A stretch of DNA of 64,000 bases. Source: Alphaproteobacteria bacterium. GTDB lineage: Bacteria; Pseudomonadota; Alphaproteobacteria; UBA2966. Each line of letters opens with the position of its first letter. The first letter of the stretch is position 1. The stretch covers positions 192,001-256,000 of the forward strand of contig OZ219858.1 in NCBI GenBank assembly GCA_964291395.2, read 5' to 3'. The notes beneath the pieces were generated by a model. It ran no database searches. It had not been told where the DNA came from and worked only from the letters and a program-made list of their open reading frames with translations. Shown here piece by piece: positions 12,441 to 23,423 of the stretch. Position numbers and translations under genes: made by a program.

Positions 12441-13571
12441 ATGCGCGATCAGTCCTCTCCCGGCGTCATGGCGGCCTATCGCGCGCTCGTTCGCGATGGG
12501 ACGTGGCAGCGCGATCCCGCACAAGAGCTCGCTGCCGAGATGCTTCAGATCCTGAGCAACCGCCTGGTTCACTACGTTCCATCGAAACGGAAGAGCTGGG
12601 CGGAACGGCTGGGACTCCGTCAACAGGAAGACGTTCGGCAGGGGCTGTACATTTTCGGCGCCGTGGGGCGCGGGAAGTCCGCGCTCATGGACCTGTTCTT
12701 CGACGGCGCGCCGGTGAAGAGAAAGCGCCGGGTCCATTTTCATGCGTTCATGCTCGACGTGCATGCGCGCATCCACGCCCACCGCCGACGGATCAAGGAG
12801 GGCAAGGCCAAGGCGGATCCGATTCCGCCCGTCGCTACCGATATCGCGGATGAAGCCGTCCTCCTGTGTTTTGACGAATTTCAGGTTCACGACCCCGCCG
12901 ACGCGATGATCCTGAGCCGGTTGTTCTCCGAGCTCTTTGATCGCGGCGTGGTGGTTGTGGCGACGTCCAATCGTGCGCCGGACGATCTTTATCGGGGAGG
13001 CTTGAACCGCGAACTCTTCCTGCCCTTCATCGACCTGCTCAAATCTCAGATCGAGATACTGGCCTTGCACGGCGCTCGGGACTATCGTCTGTCGCGGCTG
13101 AAAACCATGCCCGTCTATTTCTCGCCGCTCGACGGCACCACGGACGCGAAGCTCGACGAAGCGTTCGCCAACCTCGCGGACGGCGCGGTCACGGCATCGC
13201 AGATCCTGGAAGTGCAAGGTCGAACCATAGCCGTTCCGGTGGCCGCGGCGGGTATTGCGCGCTTCACTTTCGACGACCTGTGCCGCCAACCCTTGGGAGC
13301 CGCGGACTATATCGAGATCGCCCGCCAGTTCCACACGGTGTTCCTGTCGGATATTCCCGTGATGAAGGCCAACCACCGGAACGAAGCCAAACGGTTCATC
13401 AACCTGATCGACGTGCTCTACGATCACGGAGTCAATCTGATCTGCAGCGCCGAGGGCGCGCCCGATCAGCTGTACACCGAAGGTGACGGCACCCCTGAAT
13501 TCGAACGCGCGGCCTCTCGCCTCATGGAGATGCAATCCGAGGAGTATCTGGCCAAGGAGCATCGGGCCTGA
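12441..13571 (+). CDS. zapE: AFG1/ZapE family ATPase
   Basis: GAVGRGKS, HFHAFM, CFDEFQV, TSNRAPDDLY, FERAASRLMEM. Confidence 0.93.
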   Translation: MRDQSSPGVMAAYRALVRDGTWQRDPAQELAAEMLQILSNRLVHYVPSKRKSWAERLGLRQQEDVRQGLYIFGAVGRGKSALMDLFFDGAPVKRKRRVHFHAFMLDVHARIHAHRRRIKEGKAKADPIPPVATDIADEAVLLCFDEFQVHDPADAMILSRLFSELFDRGVVVVATSNRAPDDLYRGGLNRELFLPFIDLLKSQIEILALHGARDYRLSRLKTMPVYFSPLDGTTDAKLDEAFANLADGAVTASQILEVQGRTIAVPVAAAGIARFTFDDLCRQPLGAADYIEIARQFHTVFLSDIPVMKANHRNEAKRFINLIDVLYDHGVNLICSAEGAPDQLYTEGDGTPEFERAASRLMEMQSEEYLAKEHRA

Positions 13572-13662
13572 CCCCCGTTCATCGAAGTTCCGGCCGGCGC
13601 CCTCCGTAAATCAGCTATGGCCGAGCGACAGACTTGGGACAAGTCCGCATCCCGTGGTGTCG

Positions 13663-14535
13663 CTACCAGTTGAAACGGTGTACGGCTCCGATCGGACGGT
13701 GCCCCGACTCATCCACCATCCTTTGCAGCACGCTGGCGGGATCTCCTTGCCCTTCGCCCAGAAGATCCTCGGCGTGGAGGCCACCCATGACGAATATGCC
13801 ATCGATGCCGGCGGCGTTCGCGCCGGCGATATCGGTACGAAGCGAATCGCCGGCGGCCAAGATTCGATCTCTGGGAATCCCGTTCAACACCTCGAAGCAA
13901 AACTGGTATGGCCGCATGTGCGGCTTGCCGTGGTAGCGCACATCCCCCCCGAGTTCCTCATACGCCCTGGCGAGGGAGCCAGCGCAGAGCACCGTCCTGT
14001 CACCCCGCATGACAGCAAGATCCGGATTTGCGCACACCATGGGAAGAGACCGCGCCGACGCCGTCTCCAGTCGGTCAGCGTAATCCGCCAACTCTTCCGT
14101 CTCGTCGTCGAAAAGCCCCGTGTTGAGCATGAAGTCGGCATTCTCGACGCTGTCCACAAGCTCGAGCGCCAATCCCTCGACCAGGCCCCAATCCCGTTCC
14201 GGCCCGATCAGCCAACAACGGTCGCCGAGTGCGGCGTGCCACTCGTCGTAGCGTCTCGTCAACGCGTCACGGGTAATGTCGCCCGAAGTAATCACGCGTT
14301 CGTACTGGTCATCTCGGATCCCCATTTCCCAAAGCCGCTTGACGACTTCGTCGCTGGGCCGCGGCGCGTTGGACAACAGCAGAACGCGCGTTCCATCGCC
14401 GCGAAGACGGTCCAGGCAGTCCGGAACACCGGGATACGGCGACACGCCGTCGTGGATGAGGCCCCACAAGTCGAGAATCATCGCGTCATACCACGACGCA
14501 AAGGACGACACACCTTCAAGGATGGGAACCTTCAT
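13663..14535 (-). CDS. HAD-superfamily subfamily IIA hydrolase (TIGR01459-like)
   Basis: DLWGLIHDG, LSNAPR, CANPD, GKPH, GDSLRTDIAGA. Confidence 0.88.
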   Translation of the reverse strand: MKVPILEGVSSFASWYDAMILDLWGLIHDGVSPYPGVPDCLDRLRGDGTRVLLLSNAPRPSDEVVKRLWEMGIRDDQYERVITSGDITRDALTRRYDEWHAALGDRCWLIGPERDWGLVEGLALELVDSVENADFMLNTGLFDDETEELADYADRLETASARSLPMVCANPDLAVMRGDRTVLCAGSLARAYEELGGDVRYHGKPHMRPYQFCFEVLNGIPRDRILAAGDSLRTDIAGANAAGIDGIFVMGGLHAEDLLGEGQGDPASVLQRMVDESGHRPIGAVHRFNW

Positions 14536-14641
14536 CGGCACTCCGCAAATGTTGTAACGCTCGAGCCGCGTTGCGGCTGGACCCAGCTTCCCGAACGGAT
14601 CCCTTCCGCGAACTCCACATCGAGATCGATCTGCGCACGTT

Positions 14642-15700
14642 CTAGCGATTTCCGACATCGACGCCAACCGCCTGCGAGACGTTGTCGTAGCCGTCGGCGG
14701 ACAGGAGCTCCGCCAGCTCCCGCTTTATCCTGTCGATCAGCCGGGGACCCTCGAACACCAGGGCCGTGTAGATCTGCACCAAGCTCGCACCGGCCTTGAT
14801 CTTTTCATAGGCATCTCTTCCCGATGCGATGCCCCCCGCGCCAATGAGAACCAGCCGCCCCTCCGTCAGCCGATACATCTCGGAAAGGAGACGCGTCGAC
14901 GGTTCAAAGAGAGGCACGCCGCTGAGACCGCCGCTCTCCTTCCGGTGGGCACCCAGCAACGGCGGGCGATCGACCGTCGTATTACTGACAATCAAGCCGT
15001 CGACTCCATGGGATAGAACGACATCCGCGACTCCACCGTATTCTTCGTTCGACAGATCGGGGGCGATTTTCACGAACAGCGGAGTCCGCTGGCTTTCGTC
15101 GCTACGGACCCGCAAAACACGTCCGAGCAGGGCTTCGAGAGAGTCGCGTGCCTGCAACGACCGTAGTCCCGGCGTATTGGGAGACGATACGTTGACGACG
15201 AAGTAGGCGGCGAGTCCTTCCAGTTCCTCGATGCCCTCGACGTAATCTGCGAGCGGGTCATCGCTCTCCTTGTTCGCCCCGAGGTTGACGCCGATGATCC
15301 CGGACCGCCTCATGCGCGCGCGCAATCGGTCCGCGACGGCGGCCAAGCCTTCGCTGTTGAATCCGTAGCGGTTGATGACCGCACGGTCTTCGTCCAGACG
15401 GAACACGCGGGGACGGGCGTTTCCGGGTTGAGGGCGCGGCGTCACGCTTCCCACTTCGACGAAGCCGAACCCCAAGGCCAGCATCGCATCGGGCACCTCC
15501 GCATGCTTGTCGAACCCGGCGGCCAAGCCCACGGGGTTGGGGAAGTCCCGGTCCAGGACGCATGTCTTGAGAGATGGCGGATCAACGACCCGTGCTCGCC
15601 GTGCCGGGAGCATGCGCAGGCCCGCGATCGTGAGACGATGCGCCGTCTCGGGATCGAGGCGGCGCAGGAACGGCGCGGCGATGTTGAAGAGTTCAGCCAC
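14642..15700 (-). CDS. pyrD: Quinone-dependent dihydroorotate dehydrogenase
   Basis: GLAAGFDK, INRYGFNSEG, NVSSPNTPGLR, SNTT, GASLVQIYT. Confidence 0.96.
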   Translation of the reverse strand: MAELFNIAAPFLRRLDPETAHRLTIAGLRMLPARRARVVDPPSLKTCVLDRDFPNPVGLAAGFDKHAEVPDAMLALGFGFVEVGSVTPRPQPGNARPRVFRLDEDRAVINRYGFNSEGLAAVADRLRARMRRSGIIGVNLGANKESDDPLADYVEGIEELEGLAAYFVVNVSSPNTPGLRSLQARDSLEALLGRVLRVRSDESQRTPLFVKIAPDLSNEEYGGVADVVLSHGVDGLIVSNTTVDRPPLLGAHRKESGGLSGVPLFEPSTRLLSEMYRLTEGRLVLIGAGGIASGRDAYEKIKAGASLVQIYTALVFEGPRLIDRIKRELAELLSADGYDNVSQAVGVDVGNR

Positions 15701-15910
15701 GAGTTAGGACACTGTACCGCATGTAACGGGCATCCGGACCTTTCAATTCACACCATATGTACGGAAAAACGCCCGTTCACCACGACATGGTTGCCGCCGA
15801 AGCGGTCATGGAGAGGTGGGTGACTTCTGGACAATCGCAAGTTCGAGGATATGCTGCGCCCGAGACCTGTTGTTGATCGCTTCAACATCATTTCGGGCGG
15901 GAAAGGAGCT

Positions 15911-16756
15911 ATGGCCGGTATCTATTACGCGGACGGCAAGTGGACGGACGAGAATCCCAAGCTCACGGGCCCCATGGATCATGCTTTCTGGATGTCATCT
16001 GTCGCGTTCGACGGCGCCCGGGCATTTCAGGGCCTGGTGCCCGACCTTGAACCCCACTGCGTCCGCCTCGTGAATTCGGCCGTCGCCATGGGCCTGGATC
16101 CGACGTTGGACGCCGACGAGGTCGCGGAATTGTGTCGAAAGGCGGTGCGCAAGTGCCCAAGAGACGCCGAGCTGTACATCCGACCCATGTTCTACGCGAC
16201 GGAGGGGTTCGTTCTTCCCGAACCCGACAGCACGAAATTCGTTCTTGCCGTCTACGACAGTCCCCTGCCGGGCTTCACGGGCTTCAAAGCCTGTTTGTCG
16301 AGCTACAGGCGCCCTGCCAGGGACATGGCGCCGACGGACGCCAAGGCGTCCTGCCTCTATCCGAACTCACAGCGTGCTTTGCGTGAGGCGGCAGACCGTG
16401 GCTTCGACAACGCCATCATCCGGGATCCAAGCGACAACATCGCCGAGTTCGCCACGGCGAACATTTGGATCGCAAAAGATGGTGTGGTCTCGACACCGGT
16501 CGACAACGGTACCTTTCTTGCCGGGGTGACACGAAGGCGCGTGATGGATCTCCTTGCGGACAACGGTATGCACGTCGAAGAACGCACGACGACCTGGGAC
16601 GACGTGATGACCGCCGACGAGGTATTCAGTACGGGCAACTACGGCAAGGTCATGCCGGTCACGCAGGTGGAGGACCGCGACCTGCAGCCCGGTCCCATCG
16701 CGACCATGGCCCACGACCTCTATTTCGAGTTCGCGAAATCCACCAGCGTGTTCTGA
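15911..16756 (+). CDS. Class IV (branched-chain amino acid) aminotransferase
   Basis: FDGARAF, LYIRPM, AKASCLY, EFATANIW, LAGVTR; SD AAGGAG before ATG 15911. Confidence 0.88.
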   Translation: MAGIYYADGKWTDENPKLTGPMDHAFWMSSVAFDGARAFQGLVPDLEPHCVRLVNSAVAMGLDPTLDADEVAELCRKAVRKCPRDAELYIRPMFYATEGFVLPEPDSTKFVLAVYDSPLPGFTGFKACLSSYRRPARDMAPTDAKASCLYPNSQRALREAADRGFDNAIIRDPSDNIAEFATANIWIAKDGVVSTPVDNGTFLAGVTRRRVMDLLADNGMHVEERTTTWDDVMTADEVFSTGNYGKVMPVTQVEDRDLQPGPIATMAHDLYFEFAKSTSVF

Positions 16757-16785
16757 CGGCATACCGGGTCGCTCACGGCGAAGCA

Positions 16786-18408
16786 CTATTTCACCTGGTC
16801 TCGCTCGGCAGCCGTACCATCACCGGACTCCGAAAGATCCTCGACCGCCAAGGCGCGCCGCACGAGAGCAACCGTCTCGTCGATGCCGTAGAGCGCGATG
16901 AACGATCCCATCCGCGGACCCTGGGATTGACCAAACAAAATCTCGTAAAGCGCCCCAAACCAGTCCCGGAGATTCTCAAATCCATGGCGCTTGCCGACTT
17001 CGTACACCTCGTGCTGGATGGCTTCCGGGCCGGTGCCGTCCGGGAACGCCGTCAGTGAGGCCGCGAGGTCTTCCAAGGCCGTTCGCTCCTGGTCGTTGGG
17101 CGGGCGATAGCGCTTGGTCGGCTTCACGAAACCTTCGTAGTAGGCGAGTGCAAATCCGACGAGCGAATCAAGGATCGGATGAGTTTCCGGACTTGCGTCC
17201 TCCGCGTAGTTGCCGATGAAACCCCACAACACCGACTTGTTCCCGGCGTTGCACGCACTCGCCAGATTGAGAAGCATGGCGAAGGTGATGGGAACGGTTT
17301 CTCCCGGCGGCCGACCGTTGTGGATATGCCAGACCGGATTCGCGTACCGCTCCTCTTGAGTTTGATCGGGGAACTTCCGCAGCTGGTCGAGGTAGTCGTC
17401 AACGGCCCTGGGGATCACGTCGAAATACAGGCGCTTCGCCTTGCGAGGTGACTGATACATGTAGAGCGAGAGACTCTCGGGCGCCGCATAGTGGAGCCAC
17501 TCCTCGATGGCGAGCCCGTTTCCCCGGGACTTTGAGATCTTCTCGGCGTTCTCGTCGAGAAAGAGCTCGTAGGTGAAGCCTTCCGGCGGCGTACCGTCGA
17601 GGATTCGACAAATCCGGCTCGACAGCTTGACCGAGTCGATCAAATCCTTGCCCGACATTTCGTAGTCGACATCGAGCGCCACCCAGCGCATCGCCCAGTC
17701 CACCCGCCACTGAAGCTTGCAGTGACCGCCCGTCACGGGAACCTCGACGAGGCGCCCCTTCTCGTTTCGGTACGCTACCGTTCCCGCGTCGGCATCACGG
17801 TGTTCGATCGGAACCTGCAGCACCCGACCGGTATCCGGGCACAACGGCAGGAAAGGACTGTACGTCGCGCGGCGCTCGGGCCCCAGCGCGGGCAAGACAA
17901 CATCGACGATCTCGTCGAAGTGCTCGAGAACGCGAATCAGTATCTCGTCGAACCTGCCGGATCGGTAGCATTCGGTCGCCGAGACGAATTCATAGTCGAA
18001 CCGAAAGTCGTCGAGAAACGCTTGCAGGCGCGCGTTGTTGTGATGGCCGAAGCTTTCGTGCGTCTCGAAGGGATCCGGTACGCTCGTGAGCGGCTTTCCC
18101 AGGTGCTCGGCGACCATTTCCCGGTTTGGGATGTTGTCCGGCACTTTCCGCAGGCCATCCATATCGTCGGAGAATGCGAACAGGCGAGACGGTGCTTCAC
18201 TGAGCAGCGAGAACGCGTTCCGTACCATCGTGGTTCTCGCGACCTCGCCGAAGGTGCCGATGTGGGGCAGCCCCGAGGGACCGTAACCGGTTTCGAACAG
18301 GACATAACCTTTGGGATTGGGACGCGATTCGAGGCGGTCAAGAAGCCTGCCCGCCTCAACGAACGGCCATGCCTTGCTGTCGAGCGCCAAATGACGATCA
18401 GAAACCAT
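16786..18408 (-). CDS. lysS: Class I lysine--tRNA ligase
   Basis: [38 protein letters not shown]. Confidence 0.95.
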   Translation of the reverse strand: MVSDRHLALDSKAWPFVEAGRLLDRLESRPNPKGYVLFETGYGPSGLPHIGTFGEVARTTMVRNAFSLLSEAPSRLFAFSDDMDGLRKVPDNIPNREMVAEHLGKPLTSVPDPFETHESFGHHNNARLQAFLDDFRFDYEFVSATECYRSGRFDEILIRVLEHFDEIVDVVLPALGPERRATYSPFLPLCPDTGRVLQVPIEHRDADAGTVAYRNEKGRLVEVPVTGGHCKLQWRVDWAMRWVALDVDYEMSGKDLIDSVKLSSRICRILDGTPPEGFTYELFLDENAEKISKSRGNGLAIEEWLHYAAPESLSLYMYQSPRKAKRLYFDVIPRAVDDYLDQLRKFPDQTQEERYANPVWHIHNGRPPGETVPITFAMLLNLASACNAGNKSVLWGFIGNYAEDASPETHPILDSLVGFALAYYEGFVKPTKRYRPPNDQERTALEDLAASLTAFPDGTGPEAIQHEVYEVGKRHGFENLRDWFGALYEILFGQSQGPRMGSFIALYGIDETVALVRRALAVEDLSESGDGTAAERDQVK

Positions 18409-18523
18409 CGATCGCGTGTCCGAAATCCGAAGCTCTCGGTGAGAGGTCGAACCTAGGCGGAAGCAGAAATACGGTCAATGGCATCGCGTAGTGACCCGAT
18501 AGACCGCTCGATATACTGGCATC

Positions 18524-21283
18524 ATGGCGCTCGAGGCCGACAATTCTCACCTGTCGATTGCCAACGATCCGGATGCGGTTCCGCGGTATCCCATCGTGGT
18601 CGCGGGCCTGAGCCGCACGGTTTGGCTGACCCCGGATGGCGAGATCACGGAACTCGGTATCGGGAACGCGGCGAGGCGGATCACCGAAGAGCGCGCCATC
18701 GTCTGCTATCGGCCGGGTATCGCGCGACGTCTCTCCGTCCGGCGTTTCGAAGCTCTGGACGTCCTCGAGCTGTTCGCGTTCGTTCGCCCCGCCCGGTTCT
18801 GCCTGCCCACACCGGCCGGCATCGCAAAGGCCCTGAATCTCCCGACGCCCAACGCATTGGAGGAAGCGGCCGTGACACTGCTTCGGGCGACGAGCAACCT
18901 CCTGGCAGAGCTCGCGAACCTGGGCAACGACGCCCAACTGGCTTCATCGGCCCGGGGCCTTGCGGCTTCGGGCTGGTTCTGGGCGCCATGCGTACTTGCG
19001 GCCTTGAGGATTGACGAGGCTGATGTCGGCCCGAGCGCCGTACGCCAGGGTCTCGCCATCTGGGAGCAGATACCTGATTGGGACGAGCGTGCACCGCCGC
19101 CTCCGCCTGGCCATGCTCCCGTCTCGGCCGACGAGGCTGAGATCGAACTCAAACGCCTTCTGGGAGACGGCGCCGAGGCGCGCCCCCAACAGCGGACCTA
19201 CACGCGATCGGTCACGCCGGCTTTCGCGCCACCGGAGTCGGTTGGCGAACCCAATGTCGTACTCGCCGAAGCGGGGACCGGGGTCGGCAAAACCCTTGGA
19301 TATATATCCCCGGCAGGAATCTGGGCACGTCGCAACGACGGCACGGTCTGGCTTTCGACCTACACCAAGAACCTTCAACGTCAGATAGACCAGGAACTGG
19401 ACCGCCTGTTTCCGGATCATGCGGAGAAAACGGCAAAGGCCGTTGTCCGTAAAGGACGGGAGAATTACCTCTGTCTTCTCAACTTCGAGGAGGACGCGAG
19501 CCGGGCGGGCCTCGGGGGTGGCGGCGTCGCTCTCGGCCTGATGGCACGCTGGGCTCTGTCCACGCGCGGCGGTGACATGATGGGCGGTGACTTTCCCGCT
19601 TGGCTGACCCATCTGCTTGGCCCCGAACACACGATCGGGCTGACCGATCGCCGAGGTGAATGCGTCTATTCCGCTTGTCCCCATTATCGGCGCTGTTTCA
19701 TCGAGGTCGCGCAGCGGAAGTCATGGTACGCGGACTTGGTGATCGCCAATCATGCCCTGGTAATCGTTCGGGCGGCGACGATGGGAGACGATCGCGAATC
19801 CCCAACTCGCTACGTATTCGACGAAGGACATCACCTGTTCGACGCGGCGGACAATGCCTTCTCTGCCCATTTGAGCGGACTGGAAGCGGCGGAATTGAGG
19901 CACTGGATTCGAGGAGCCGAAGGCCGGCGCCGGCGCCGTGCCCGAGGTCTCGAGCGCCGCGTGGCTGATCTTGTCGCGGAGCACGAGTCGGGAGAGAAGA
20001 TGCTGTCGACAGCCGTTCGTGCCGCGGTCGCGTTGCCGGGTACCGGATGGCTCGGCCGGATCGAGCGGAACCAGCCTCGCGGACCCTTGGAGACGTTTCT
20101 CGTCGGTGTACGCGAACACGTAGAGGCGCGGCAGTCGAACGCCGAGCTTGGATATAGCCTTGAGGCCGACACGTCTCACCCCGGGAAAACACTGACCGAC
20201 GCGGCGGGAGACGCTGGCGCGGCCCTACGAGCGCTCGTCGAACCGCTGACATCCCTTGGCCGCTTTCTTGCCGAACGTCTCGATGCCGAGGCCGGGGAGT
20301 TGAACCCGTCAATGCGTGTGCGCATCGAAGCTGCCTGCAACGGCCTGAACAGACGAGCCGACACGGTACGCATGTGGGCGGCCATGCTGGACGATATCGA
20401 TGGAATCCCGCCCGAGGCTTTCGTCGACTGGTTCGAGGTCAGTCGAACGGACGGCAGGGTGGTTGACATCGGCATGCGCCGGCATTGGCTGGATCCCACG
20501 ATCCCCTTCGCCGAATCGGTGTTGAGCCGAGCCCACGGGGCCGTCATAACGTCGGCCAGCCTGCGGGACCGGAGCGTCGACGATGACGAAAACTGGATGG
20601 CTGCGGAGATCCGGACGGGCGCCCAGCATCTCGCCCTTCCGGCACGACGAAGCAGCGTGTCGTCGCCGTTCGATTATCGCCGGCAAACGCGCGTACTGAT
20701 CGTCTCCGACCTGCGGCGGGATGACCCCGATAGGGTGGCAGCTGCATATCGCGAACTGTTCCGGGCATCCGACGGCGGCGCCCTCGGGCTGTTCACGGCT
20801 ATCGCCCGGCTTCGCCAGGTTCACCGGAGGATCGCCGAGCCGCTCGAGACAGCGGGCCTGCCGCTGTACGCCCAACATGTTGACGCGATCGATACGTCGA
20901 CATTGGTTGATATCTTCCGGACCGAAACCGATTCGTGCCTGCTGGGAACCGACGCAGTGCGCGACGGCGTGGACGTACCGGGAGACAGCCTGCGGCTCAT
21001 CGTTTTCGACCGTATTCCCTGGCCACGTCCGGACATCCTCCATAAGGCTCGCCGTTCGATGTTCGGCGGGAATCGTTACGACGACATGATCACGCGCCTT
21101 CGATTGAAACAGGCCTATGGCCGACTGATCCGGCGTACCACGGACCGCGGCGTGTTCGTTCTGCTTGATCGGATGACTCCCTCCCGCCTGCTCGACGCAT
21201 TTCCGGGTGATGTCGAGGTGGAACGCGTCGGACTTGCAGAAGCAGTCAAGGCCACTCGAACGTTTCTCCAACAAGGTGAATAG
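18524..21283 (+). CDS. ATP-dependent DinG/YoaA-family DNA helicase
   Basis: RPQQ, EAGTGVGKT, KGRENYLC, Cys cluster ECVYSACPHYRRC, DEGHH, QAYGRLIR. Confidence 0.9.
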   Translation: MALEADNSHLSIANDPDAVPRYPIVVAGLSRTVWLTPDGEITELGIGNAARRITEERAIVCYRPGIARRLSVRRFEALDVLELFAFVRPARFCLPTPAGIAKALNLPTPNALEEAAVTLLRATSNLLAELANLGNDAQLASSARGLAASGWFWAPCVLAALRIDEADVGPSAVRQGLAIWEQIPDWDERAPPPPPGHAPVSADEAEIELKRLLGDGAEARPQQRTYTRSVTPAFAPPESVGEPNVVLAEAGTGVGKTLGYISPAGIWARRNDGTVWLSTYTKNLQRQIDQELDRLFPDHAEKTAKAVVRKGRENYLCLLNFEEDASRAGLGGGGVALGLMARWALSTRGGDMMGGDFPAWLTHLLGPEHTIGLTDRRGECVYSACPHYRRCFIEVAQRKSWYADLVIANHALVIVRAATMGDDRESPTRYVFDEGHHLFDAADNAFSAHLSGLEAAELRHWIRGAEGRRRRRARGLERRVADLVAEHESGEKMLSTAVRAAVALPGTGWLGRIERNQPRGPLETFLVGVREHVEARQSNAELGYSLEADTSHPGKTLTDAAGDAGAALRALVEPLTSLGRFLAERLDAEAGELNPSMRVRIEAACNGLNRRADTVRMWAAMLDDIDGIPPEAFVDWFEVSRTDGRVVDIGMRRHWLDPTIPFAESVLSRAHGAVITSASLRDRSVDDDENWMAAEIRTGAQHLALPARRSSVSSPFDYRRQTRVLIVSDLRRDDPDRVAAAYRELFRASDGGALGLFTAIARLRQVHRRIAEPLETAGLPLYAQHVDAIDTSTLVDIFRTETDSCLLGTDAVRDGVDVPGDSLRLIVFDRIPWPRPDILHKARRSMFGGNRYDDMITRLRLKQAYGRLIRRTTDRGVFVLLDRMTPSRLLDAFPGDVEVERVGLAEAVKATRTFLQQGE

Positions 21284-21357
21284 GCAGCGGACTTGCCGTC
21301 GTGACATCGGGTCCCATATGTTGCGCACCCCGGATCACCGAAGAAGGCCAGCCCCGG

Positions 21358-21756
21358 ATGGAACACGCCGCCCTGATCTACACGATGGTCATCATGTCCG
21401 CTGCCGACAGCGATATGACGGATAAGGAACTGTTCACCGTCGGCGACATCATCCGGACGCTGCCGGCATTCGAGGATTTCGACCAGGAACTGCTGCCGCG
21501 CACGGCGGAGGACTGTGCCGAACTTCTCGCCGAGGAGAACGGACTCGATACGGTGATCGGATTTATCGACCAGAATCTGCCCGACAATCTTCGGGAAACG
21601 GCCTACGTCCTGGCGTGCGAAATTGCGGCGTCGGACGGACATCTTCAGCTCGAGGAACTCAGATTGCTCGAGATGCTGCGGCACCGCCTCGAGATCGGAC
21701 GGCTTCCCGCCGCTGCGATCGAACGATGCGTTCGCGCGCGCTATCAGAGGGTATAG
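21358..21756 (+). CDS. TerB-family (tellurite-resistance-like) protein
   Basis: ALIYTMVIMSAADSDMTDKEL, RETAY, DGHLQLEELRLL. Confidence 0.8.
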   Translation: MEHAALIYTMVIMSAADSDMTDKELFTVGDIIRTLPAFEDFDQELLPRTAEDCAELLAEENGLDTVIGFIDQNLPDNLRETAYVLACEIAASDGHLQLEELRLLEMLRHRLEIGRLPAAAIERCVRARYQRV

Positions 21757-21814
21757 AACGGTCTTGCCGAAAGGGGATGTGAAGGCCTGACCATCGAAAC
21801 CGGGGGTGTCTCAA

Positions 21815-22705
21815 ATGGCGGCGCTTGACGGACGGACCATCGGGTTCATCGGGCTCGGCCTGATGGGGCGGCCGATGACGGAGAACCTCCTCGCAGCCGG
21901 TGCGTCCGTGGTTGGCCACAACCGAAGTCGGGCGGTGATCGAGGAACTGTCCGCCAACGGACTCCGGCCCGCCCGCAGCCCCGGGGAAGTCGCGGAAGCC
22001 GCCGATACCATAATCCTCATGCTGCCTGATACGGACACGGTCGAACGGATCTTGCTGAGCGAGCAGGGTGTCGTCGGGGGCCTCCGAGCGGACGCCCTCG
22101 TCATCGACATGGGGACGACGGCAGTCATGGCCACGCGGCGATTTGCGTCGGCAGTCGCTGAAGCCGGCGGCCACTACGTGGATGCCCCCGTCTCGGGTGG
22201 TGCCGTCGGCGCACGGGATGCCGCGTTGTCGATCATGGTGGGCGCCAGTCCGGAAGCCTTTGACCGCGCCGAACCCGTTTTCGAAGTCCTCGGTCGGAAC
22301 ATCAGTCACGTCGGTGACGTCAGCGCGGGTCAGGTCGCGAAAACGGTCAATCAAGTCATTGTCGGTTTGACCATCGGCGCGGTGTCGGAAGCCCTGGTCT
22401 TGGCAGAGACCGCCGGTGTCGACCCCGCCAAGGTCCGCGATGCCCTGATAGGAGGATTCGCGACATCCCGAATTCTGGAGCTGCATGGGAAACGGATGAT
22501 CGACGACAACTTCGAACCCGGCGGCCGTGCGAAGACCCAGCGGAAGGACATGTTCGAAGCCACGGAGTTCGCATCCACTCTCGGGATCGAATTGCCTGCC
22601 CTGAACTTGAATTTGGAGCTATATGACAAGCTGTTGGACCGCGGGTGGGGCGATCTCGATCACTCCGCTCTATACAAGCTGATCAAGGACCTTCAGAAGT
22701 CCTGA
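21815..22705 (+). CDS. NAD(P)-dependent beta-hydroxyacid dehydrogenase (2-hydroxy-3-oxopropionate reductase-like)
   Basis: GFIGLGLMG, DAPVSGG, KTVNQ, ILELHGKRM, LDHSAL. Confidence 0.88.
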   Translation: MAALDGRTIGFIGLGLMGRPMTENLLAAGASVVGHNRSRAVIEELSANGLRPARSPGEVAEAADTIILMLPDTDTVERILLSEQGVVGGLRADALVIDMGTTAVMATRRFASAVAEAGGHYVDAPVSGGAVGARDAALSIMVGASPEAFDRAEPVFEVLGRNISHVGDVSAGQVAKTVNQVIVGLTIGAVSEALVLAETAGVDPAKVRDALIGGFATSRILELHGKRMIDDNFEPGGRAKTQRKDMFEATEFASTLGIELPALNLNLELYDKLLDRGWGDLDHSALYKLIKDLQKS

Positions 22706-23325
22706 TCAACGAATTCCACCACGGCCTGAATCCCCTCCTCCCAGTTTTGCATTTCCGTCCGACCGGAAGCCTTGCGCGGCTTGAAACTGTGATCACCGTC
22801 GGCAAGCCAATGCACGTGAATTGCGGCCGACAATGCGTAGCCGGCCAAGTCCTCGCGCGTCCCCAATGGATCCCGCTCGCCTTGAACGATAAGGGTGGGG
22901 GTCCGAAGCGACACGAGATGCTCGATCCGGGTGCGCTCAGGCTTGCCCGGGGGATGGAAGGGATAGCCCAGGCAAACCACGCCCGCGACTCCCGCCTCAT
23001 CGGCGATTAGGCTGGCAATCCGGCCGCCCATCGACTTCCCGCCGATGAATAACCGCTCACGCGGAATCCCGGTCTGATACAGGCCGTCTATGGTGGCACG
23101 CCAGCACTCGATCAACACGGGTCTCCGGTCCGGCGGTCTCCGTCTACCGTCCTCGCGGCGTCGAGTCATGTACGGGAACTCGAACCTCGCGACACGGATA
23201 CCGGCCGCACCAATTCCTTCGGCAAACGCGGCCATGAAGGTACTGTCCATCGGCGCGCCGGCGCCATGCGCGAGGATCACTCCACGGCGGGCATCAAGCG
23301 GGCCGTCAAGCAGGATTTCGGTCAT
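22693..23325 (-). CDS. Alpha/beta-fold hydrolase (KANL3/Tex30-like)
   Basis: LAHGAGAPMDS, GGKSMGGR, GYPFHPPGKPE, QGERD, GDHS. Confidence 0.85.
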   Translation of the reverse strand: MTEILLDGPLDARRGVILAHGAGAPMDSTFMAAFAEGIGAAGIRVARFEFPYMTRRREDGRRRPPDRRPVLIECWRATIDGLYQTGIPRERLFIGGKSMGGRIASLIADEAGVAGVVCLGYPFHPPGKPERTRIEHLVSLRTPTLIVQGERDPLGTREDLAGYALSAAIHVHWLADGDHSFKPRKASGRTEMQNWEEGIQAVVEFVDQDF

Positions 23326-23423
23326 CCGCTCCTCTCCGGCGTCAAAGAAGGGCCGTGATCCGTCTCGCCGAGGAGGCATCGAGCATTGTACTTTTTCCGG
23401 TGCTGCAGCCTGGAGTGACGCCG

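Noticed and set aside
12441-13571. Absence of mdh-sucCD-sucAB after zapE
   Set aside because: This is ordinary gene-order variation, with no scar or mobile element visible at the junction.
15707-15800. Possible DUF952 remnant upstream of pyrD (GVFPYIW)
   Set aside because: The resemblance is only a few residues and is interrupted by a stop; too weak to support.
16786-18408. Class I LysRS as evidence of transfer from archaea
   Set aside because: Class I LysRS is the usual form in many Alphaproteobacteria.
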